Below are positions 36,801-41,586 of a stretch of DNA of 41,586 nt, one piece after another. The notes under the pieces were generated by a model. It was not told where the DNA came from, did no database searches, and was given only the letters and a program-made list of their open reading frames with translations. The translations under genes were made by a program, and so were the position numbers. This stretch comes from Bacteroidota bacterium (GTDB lineage: Bacteria; Bacteroidota; Bacteroidia; NS11-12g; UBA955). Each line of letters opens with the position of its first letter. Position 1 is the first letter of the stretch. The stretch covers positions 1 to 41,586 of the forward strand of contig CANFXY010000004.1 in assembly GCA_947451105.1 (NCBI GenBank), read 5' to 3'.

Positions 36801-39326
36801 AATTGTATGGATACTACTCAGTTTTTTATTGAAACCTACTCTGTCCCAAAGCCTAGTTTTGTTATCAATGATACCGACCAATGCTTGCCAGTTCAGAAAT
36901 TCCAAATGCTTAATTTGAGTAAAATTAAGCAGGGGAGTCTGAGTTATATTTGGTCGTTTGGAGATGGTAATTCAGCCACATCAAGCAACGCCAATCATGT
37001 TTATGCTTTGCCGGGCACTTATAAAATTAAACTAAAGGCCATCTCTAATTTTGGCTGCAGCGACAGCATTGCAAAAACCAATGTTGTGTACCATCAACCG
37101 AAGGCCAAATTAATGGTCAATGATAGCGAACAATGTTTAAGATTTAACCAGTTTGTATTGTTCGGAAACTCCAATATACAACAAGGTAGTGTTGTTGCTT
37201 ATTATTGGGATACTTCGGGTTTAAATGCAGTGGGTTTAAAAGATAAAACCATTGCATATGGATCTTATGGCACTAAAACCGTTAGATATGTTGTGCAGAG
37301 CGATAAGGGTTGCTTAGATACAATGTATCAAACGCTCACGGTTCATCCAATGCCTAGGGCCAAATTCACCATCAACGATTCGGTTCAATGCGCTCAAAAC
37401 AATCAATATGTATTTACGGCCACCTCGGTTATTGCCTATGGCACACTCAAGTATAAATGGAACATTGATCGAGTGTTTACTGACACAGGTATTGTGTTTA
37501 ATAAAACGTTTAATGCAGCCGATACACCAATTATTGGCTTGGTAACGGTGTCCGATAAATCTTGCACGGACACCCTAGAAAGATTGGTGTTTGTACAGCC
37601 AAGTCCTAAAGCATTTTTTACCTTGAATAAAGCGGGGCAATGCCTAAAAATTAACCAATTTGCGGCCTCAAACAAGTCGACATTGACTCATGGAAATATG
37701 CGTTTTGTATGGCGTTTACAGGATGGATTTAGCAGCACAGACACCAATATTGTGCATAGCTTTGCCAAGCACGGAGATTTCAAAATGCAATTATGGGTGA
37801 GCAGTCAATACGATTGTGTTGACAGTTTTAATGCGACCGTATTGGTGCACCCTGAACCAAAAGCGTTGTTTTCGGTAAATGATGCCAGCCAATGTGTTAA
37901 GGGCAATCGGTTTTTATTTAACAATTTGTCAAGTATAGACAGCACAGCAATGTCATATAAATGGAAGTTTAATGATGGTGATTCATCTAATTTAATTTCA
38001 CTTGTGCATACCTATAAACTTTATGGTAATTACTGGGTTAAGTTGGTTTCTAAATCTATTTATAATTGTCAAGATTCGTTTAAGCATTTGGCGGTGCTAA
38101 GTCCTATGCCCAATGCAGTATTTGCAGCAAACGATACAGATCAATGTGTAAATGCACAAAGCTTTGATTTTAAAAATTCTTCATGGATTCAAGCGGGATT
38201 GTTGACCCAACATCGATGGTCATTGAATGGACAATTACTTACCTCTTGGAATGTAAACAATTACAAATTCAATCAAGTGGGTTTATTGCCAGTTCGCTTG
38301 ATAGAAACCAGCGACAGTTTGTGCAATGATACAGCATACAGCAATGTTACCATTTATGCAAAACCCAAAGCTGATTTTAGTATCAATGACACGGCCCAAT
38401 GTTTGACAGGCAACAAGTTTATTATGCGTTCAACTTCTACCGATTGGAATGGAATTTCGAAGCATCAATGGTGGTCAGATAATGTATTTAGTGCTTCGGA
38501 CTCATTATGGGTCAAATCTTATACTCAAATAGGATGGCATGCAATAAAATACGTCGCTACATCGAATACTTATTGTAATGATACCATTGTAAAAAATCTC
38601 AGGGTTAAACCGATGCCGGATGCTCAATTCAATATATTGAAGCCCTATTATTGCAACAATGAGCCACCGATATTGTTAACCCCATTAGTGCCTGGAGGTT
38701 TTTTCTCAGGGGTTAATGTTCAAGGAAATTATTTGTACCCGAATCAATTGTTTGGAGACACAGTTACCTATACAGTGACAATAGATAATTGCACATCGTC
38801 GAGCAAACAAAGCACAATGATTTATCCTATGCCAGTTGTAAGTCTTGGGAAAGACACAACTTTGTGTCAAACTGAAAGCATTATACTCAAAGCGAAGAAT
38901 TGGAATTCAACGTATGTTTGGCAAGATGGAAACATAAATGAAACGTATGAAGTAAGAAAGCCTGGTTTATATTGGGTAAAAGCAAGTAATATATGTGGCT
39001 CAGCTTCAGATTCAATACATGTGGATTATAGAAACCACAATTGCCGCATGTGGCTTCCTAATGCCTTTACGCCCAATGAAACGGATCAAATTAACACTTA
39101 TTATAAACCGATAGGGATAAATCTAGTTGATATGGAATACAAGATTTTTAACCGTTGGGGAGAACTGATTTATATCGGGGATTTAAATAGCCAGGGCTGG
39201 GATGGGACTTATAAAGGCCTGCCTGCTCAAGACGCATATTTTATAGTTCTTGTAAATTATTCTTACAGAAACTCGGGTAAAAAATTTGCTTTTTTTGAAC
39301 GGGAAGTGTTTTATTTATTGCGTTAA
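30888..39326 (+). CDS. Giant PKD-domain surface protein with T9SS type-B (gliding-motility-associated) C-terminal domain
   Basis: Signal peptide; many W[DN]FGDG...GC-D-[ST] PKD units; C-terminal PNAFTPN...IFNRWGE...GWDG. True start may be ATG 30912, because a TACATTTG -7 box lies at 30892-30899. Confidence 0.92.
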   Translation: MLHLLCAFMVKINKNISPQPSYLFSCLLMLLFLLGYVSNAQSNAAFSVSGSKCYGDSVFFQFTGQGDTLFWDFADVNSGFYNTSNDSNVVHIFANKGTFNVRLIVKDTNGLSDTAWQSWSVYNKPLANFTFINACIGLNAQFTNTSNSDLNNPISTYLYRFGDGSSSNQASPQHAYTSTGAKSVKLLVQTTQGCKDSIQKNLVVYASPTVLLSTDSICPGDNLGVDIQHGTDPVTQYYWNMGDGTFSSNKTFTQQYSSSGLKRIGVKLTYSNGNTCTFNKDSVLVYNKPNAFFTILTSRKQCYKGNQTCVQFGLDSTHIVYRNMLWDDGSSVQVNKSSTGACYTYGNANGGVYKITHEVIDTNGCAERYTASIDSVKVYKDPKANFKVTITGGCFKTMVSVVNLSNMQIPVVKSFAWNWGDGSNLDTSTFTNAQHQYLVNGVFKIKLSITDIYGCKDSFVSSDTIKNINFKVDGINYAIDSCQSSNDFKFIQTPVPGGLATWFFGDGDTQNGWNVNHQYYKGNRIGTYYPIIRVSKLGCDSFINLKPNIVYGPLVDMSILNRYQCQVKDTVFFTNASLLYLNKKISVFWDALDPFAGNCTINSKLNQNVDSNCNLSVDSLYFKHMYKKGQDKCYAVKLTLVDSALGCSDVRSFSLPLTKPNARTGITMRANGGFCLGPESGKTVSIDLGATKPACGRERYWVMWDSLCAENSGNFNAWWQLNTSYHNYTYVPCDSNGNISIGVIIQNGTDTNGRVCRDTAFYHHKVRFGLTDPRFTSTYNPTVQYCKNSTFDFMLGDSTLDSIVYINWNYGDGVNESNLSLGKRTHTYKQRGRYTVIVIMRHANGCVAIDSMVVRIGAQPSLVLNKQKICLSDSFKVINTSKYWNGPAYWKDSLRVLNNKEKTRWDLGDGNGFSNNNYQTFFKYNKIGNYSIKIEYTDSVGCVDTFNYPIPLRVFDVFSSITLPSKQLICAQVVQFKSSASVYDSLNQFGHSDDSVVTFAWYFDQASSSSLIKNPFKFFKRGWHDVELLVSNTLGCQDSKKDSFFINGPEAGFEMLSDTVGCMPLTVTFKNKSINANNYTWLYKNAGNNTTTTNSNANINFTYTNYGIFRPQLIARNTFLNNGISVTCADTFVVNPLTKYSPKIEVYELPRPNFTHSTNCANYTTTFTNTSVLSTGNIVQYLWKFGDGSSSTLKNPVHQFADSGKYTIVLKAFSPYGCVDSIVRDIFVYPFPEADFTFNEVCQGKATNFRDISKSFNDIIINYTWNFGNGAGSSAKNPNYIYPKDSVFYLVRLTVRNRSGCIDDITKQVRVWAKPKPNFTAVNVCLKNTINFTNTGSSKQAVQSNVWTMGDGTVLQSNAFSKTYADTGKYNVKLKTTTVQGCVDSVSKKIQIYANPKANFNINSSSQCLNQNRFVLSNSSVIYSGTITGYEWRLSDGFISTKANVVHSFPSVNTYSIKLIVRSNNFCYDTINQTVNVRPSPKSIIQLSAIEKCINTADSISFNDVSTIDTSIQSRMWTLDPGITNSQKQFKYKYNSVGARVVSLRVQNSVNCFDTSYKPIAIHPKPQAIVAQHVKEQCFRNNLFTFKDSSKITSPYTSSVIWYFGDGDTSISAFTTHRYLSFDTFKLKLIANSNKGCKDTLSQNVIVHPMPVSSFKIDTLKQCLKANQFKFTNLSSIPHGSITYAWLFGDAGTSTMLNPTHSYSNFGVYTCSLFVQSNFGCRDSSYKQLQVYSMPVANFKWVDSTACFRSNKMTAINTSAIPQGTYTTYWRSMVKQLTGKDTFVVTWPKDSTYKLVLNLVSNAGCMDSISKKAYVWPMPVARFKIDSAKQCLRSNLFKYSNLSTAKDGQIGYQWDLGNGYNAVQKDTQMRYSNQGSYTVRLIASSVRNCKDTVSQIAVVHPMPKALFGINDSTQCLNTQNFIFTDKSVIAYGGLKRLWTWGDASTDTAKIKSHYFTKDTVYKNRLVSISNENCMDTTQFFIETYSVPKPSFVINDTDQCLPVQKFQMLNLSKIKQGSLSYIWSFGDGNSATSSNANHVYALPGTYKIKLKAISNFGCSDSIAKTNVVYHQPKAKLMVNDSEQCLRFNQFVLFGNSNIQQGSVVAYYWDTSGLNAVGLKDKTIAYGSYGTKTVRYVVQSDKGCLDTMYQTLTVHPMPRAKFTINDSVQCAQNNQYVFTATSVIAYGTLKYKWNIDRVFTDTGIVFNKTFNAADTPIIGLVTVSDKSCTDTLERLVFVQPSPKAFFTLNKAGQCLKINQFAASNKSTLTHGNMRFVWRLQDGFSSTDTNIVHSFAKHGDFKMQLWVSSQYDCVDSFNATVLVHPEPKALFSVNDASQCVKGNRFLFNNLSSIDSTAMSYKWKFNDGDSSNLISLVHTYKLYGNYWVKLVSKSIYNCQDSFKHLAVLSPMPNAVFAANDTDQCVNAQSFDFKNSSWIQAGLLTQHRWSLNGQLLTSWNVNNYKFNQVGLLPVRLIETSDSLCNDTAYSNVTIYAKPKADFSINDTAQCLTGNKFIMRSTSTDWNGISKHQWWSDNVFSASDSLWVKSYTQIGWHAIKYVATSNTYCNDTIVKNLRVKPMPDAQFNILKPYYCNNEPPILLTPLVPGGFFSGVNVQGNYLYPNQLFGDTVTYTVTIDNCTSSSKQSTMIYPMPVVSLGKDTTLCQTESIILKAKNWNSTYVWQDGNINETYEVRKPGLYWVKASNICGSASDSIHVDYRNHNCRMWLPNAFTPNETDQINTYYKPIGINLVDMEYKIFNRWGELIYIGDLNSQGWDGTYKGLPAQDAYFIVLVNYSYRNSGKKFAFFEREVFYLLR

Positions 39327-39579
39327 TTTTTCGCTAAACCAATTCTGTTTTTGCAAGAACAAGTTGACTATTTTAATCAGTTTTGCATTAAGTTTTATTG
39401 TAGATTTTTTTAATTAAATTTTACACTATGTTTTTGTACTATTATTAATTAGGAATAAAACTTCATTTTAATCAGATAAATCATACAAATCAAAGTTTAG
39501 ACATTGGCAAAGTGTTTTAAATTAGACCGAAGCACTCATTTGAAGCATGGGTTAATACTGCATCGCTCTCACTTTTTAA

Positions 39580-39684
39580 CCCCGTACTGTGACGTTCGTG
39601 TGTTGCTGTAGCTTTTCTCAATCATCATAGCTTTAGCAGAGTTGATAGCGGAGGCACAATCAAAGTGTAGTCTCTGGTACGGGG
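39580..39684. repeat. Small element with terminal inverted repeats (MITE/REP-like or structured 3' region)
   Basis: ccccgtac 39580-39587 and gtacgggg 39677-39684. Confidence 0.3.
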
Positions 39685-39695
39685 CATTCTCACTA

Positions 39696-40904
39696 TCATC
39701 TCTCCAACCCCTCAAACTCCGTCTCCCCCTCGCTTTTGGCGATGACTAGCGTGGCAACACCATTGCCGATGAGGTTGGTGATGGCGCGGGCTTCGCTCAT
39801 GAACTTGTCGACACCCAACAAGAAGGCTAGGCCTTCAACGGGAATGCGGTGCAGAGCGGTGAGTGTGGAGGCCAAGACGATAAAGCCACTGCCGGTAACA
39901 CCAGCTGCGCCTTTGGAAGTTATCATGAGGATGCCGATGATGCTTAGAAGTTCGAAAGCATTGAGGTCTACTTTGTAGAGTTGGGCTATGAATATAACCG
40001 ACATGGACAAATAGATGGAAGTGCCATCGAGGTTGAACGAGTATCCAGTAGGAATTACCAGGCCAACCACTGGTTTGCTGCAGCCCATTTTTTCCATTTT
40101 TTTCATGATGGAAGGAAGCGCAGCTTCAGAGGAAGAGGTGGCCAGTACAATGAGTATTTCTTCTTTTATTTTTTTAAGGAATTTGTTTAAACTGAGTTTG
40201 TAGTAGCGCATGATGCTACCCAGAATCAAGAAGATAAACAAGGCCATGGTGAGGTAGACGCAGAGCATCAATTTGCCCAATGGAATAAGTGTGGCTAATC
40301 CAAATTTTCCGATAGCGAAGGCCATGCCACCAAAGGCACCAATAGGGGCGAGGTACATCACCCATTTAAGGCCGGTGAAAACCACATGGGCAGTTTTTTC
40401 TAGATAATGAAGGGCTTTGTCTTTCTTTTGGATATAGGTAAGCGCAACGCCAGTGATTAAGGCCAGCAGCAAAACTTGCAGGGTGAAGTTGGAAAGGAAA
40501 AAACTTTTCCAAGAAAAGGGTTGCGCACCTGATGTGTATTTAGAAGCATCTGCAGCATTAAGTCCGCTAACATCAATGTTGCCAGGTTGGAAGATATAAG
40601 CAACAAGCACACCGATGATTAAAGCAAAGGTGGTAACGATTTCAAAATACAGAAGCGATTTAACCCCAATGCGTCCAACTTTTTTCATGCTGCCCACGCG
40701 GCTAATGCCCAAAACGATGGTGAGGAAAATGATGGGGCCGATAAATATTTTGATGAGGTCAACGAAAGTCTTGCCAATGATCTCCATTTTTACGGCCGTT
40801 TTTGGATAGAAATGTCCAAGCCAAATACCTGCTATAATGGCGATCAAAACATGGAAAGCCGTGTTGCTAAGGAGACGGTATGAAAACGGTTTTTTTTCTT
40901 CCAT
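39696..40904 (-). CDS. dctA: Cation:dicarboxylate symporter (C4-dicarboxylate transport)
   Basis: LATSSSEAALP, PTGYSFNLDGT, TSKGAAGVTGSGF, DKFMSEARA; ATG 40904 (MEEKK) preferred. Confidence 0.92.
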   Translation of the reverse strand: MEEKKPFSYRLLSNTAFHVLIAIIAGIWLGHFYPKTAVKMEIIGKTFVDLIKIFIGPIIFLTIVLGISRVGSMKKVGRIGVKSLLYFEIVTTFALIIGVLVAYIFQPGNIDVSGLNAADASKYTSGAQPFSWKSFFLSNFTLQVLLLALITGVALTYIQKKDKALHYLEKTAHVVFTGLKWVMYLAPIGAFGGMAFAIGKFGLATLIPLGKLMLCVYLTMALFIFLILGSIMRYYKLSLNKFLKKIKEEILIVLATSSSEAALPSIMKKMEKMGCSKPVVGLVIPTGYSFNLDGTSIYLSMSVIFIAQLYKVDLNAFELLSIIGILMITSKGAAGVTGSGFIVLASTLTALHRIPVEGLAFLLGVDKFMSEARAITNLIGNGVATLVIAKSEGETEFEGLER

Positions 40905-41048
40905 TAATTCGCTTGGCAAGTTAAATCAATTTTAAAGATAAAATGGGCATGTTGATTAAAAAAGTCTTGTATGATTTTTAAATAGAATATGATGGCTCGA
41001 AGAACGAAATGCCTAACAAGTCCTGAAGATGATCGATTTTTTTGTATT

Positions 41049-41088
41049 CGCTCCGTAGGAGCGGCATTCAATTGGCCCTGTAGGGGCC
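41049..41088. repeat. Pair of GTA-loop hairpins, REP-like
   Basis: cgctcc-gta-ggagcg (41049-41063) and ggccct-gta-ggggcc (41074-41088). Confidence 0.5.
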
Positions 41089-41212
41089 TAATTATTGTAG
41101 AACTTTGTTCAAATAAATGGTCACTTTTCCTGAAATTCCCCGAATGCCTTTACAAGTATGCGCGCTACTGCTTTACAATTGCTATAAATTTGCCCCCTTA
41201 AATAGTCGCCAT

Positions 41213-41518
41213 ATGTTAGCAGGAAATTGGAAAGTTAAAGACACAGATGAATTGTTGAAAATTACGGGGGATTCGGAAAATAAAAATTTTTGGATCCATG
41301 TACCCGAGCGCGATATAAACAATATCTCTTTTAATTTTATGCGCTCTATGTACAAGCACGACGGTATCCTTAGAGGGAAGTTGTTTGTTGGTGAATCTGT
41401 TTCTTTGTTTGAGAAAAATGTAATCTACTTGTTGGAAGTTAAAATTGATGAAAGCATCCATGTGATTGACGATGAAGAAAAGACTGTAATGACCCTTGAA
41501 TGGGTGTCTACAATTTAA
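41213..41518 (+). CDS. Hypothetical protein (101 aa)
   Basis: ATG 41213 (MLAGNWKVK) lies downstream of a TAAATTTG -7 box at 41185-41192; the longer ORF-track start at 41117 is less likely. Confidence 0.6.
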   Translation: MLAGNWKVKDTDELLKITGDSENKNFWIHVPERDINNISFNFMRSMYKHDGILRGKLFVGESVSLFEKNVIYLLEVKIDESIHVIDDEEKTVMTLEWVSTI

Positions 41519-41586
41519 TGTTCTTCAAGGTTTCGCATAGGTATTCAATGTCTTGTGGACTTTGATCCAGGTGAAACACAAAACGC
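41508..41586 (-). CDS. 3' end of a gene, possibly low-specificity threonine aldolase
   Basis: Reads RFVFHLDQSPQDIEYLCETLKNIKL*, resembling the RFVTHLD C-terminal motif; only 25 residues are visible. Confidence 0.4.
   Translation of the reverse strand, partial: RFVFHLDQSPQDIEYLCETLKNIKL

Noticed and set aside
1-41586. CRISPR array, tRNA, rRNA or tRNA-type attB
   Set aside because: No regularly spaced short repeats with unique spacers and no recognisable structural RNA seen by eye.

Overview
AT-rich Bacteroidota genomic window. The assignment rests on TTTG-N20/21-TAnnTTTG promoters, a T9SS type-B sorting domain and a Bacteroidota-type tyrosine integrase. About 30 kb looks like an accessory conflict/defence region. 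(1) 1-8182: a tandem, integron-like array of Rhs-core/C-terminal-domain + lipoprotein cassettes. All three cassettes share the segment GSSIPELQYAYSDGADTSKYRFGFN. Two of them are preceded by a conserved block carrying overlapping divergent promoters, an in-frame ATG leader and the 5' end of a tyrosine integrase (full gene at 2270-3316, only a stub at 263-292). The third cassette is joined in frame into a TPR of a HEPN-like/NACHT-type STAND/TPR gene, giving a 1404-aa chimera. (2) 11714-15279: transglutaminase-like, DUF350-like, CorA-like and unknown genes. (3) 15354-22699: a split STAND system. A tandem-HEPN-like/NACHT ATPase ends just before its winged-helix region, separated by one in-frame TAG from the next gene. 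Three overlapping genes follow, each with a near-identical winged-helix-like N-terminus and a divergent 42-aa TPR array. (4) 23237-30621: a secreted repeat protein, a HExxH-peptidase/vWA gene, a 1444-aa LRR protein and a MoxR-like AAA+ ATPase. (5) 30888-end: a giant PKD/T9SS-B protein, dctA and ordinary chromosomal genes. All functional calls come from motif reading by eye; no searches were run.
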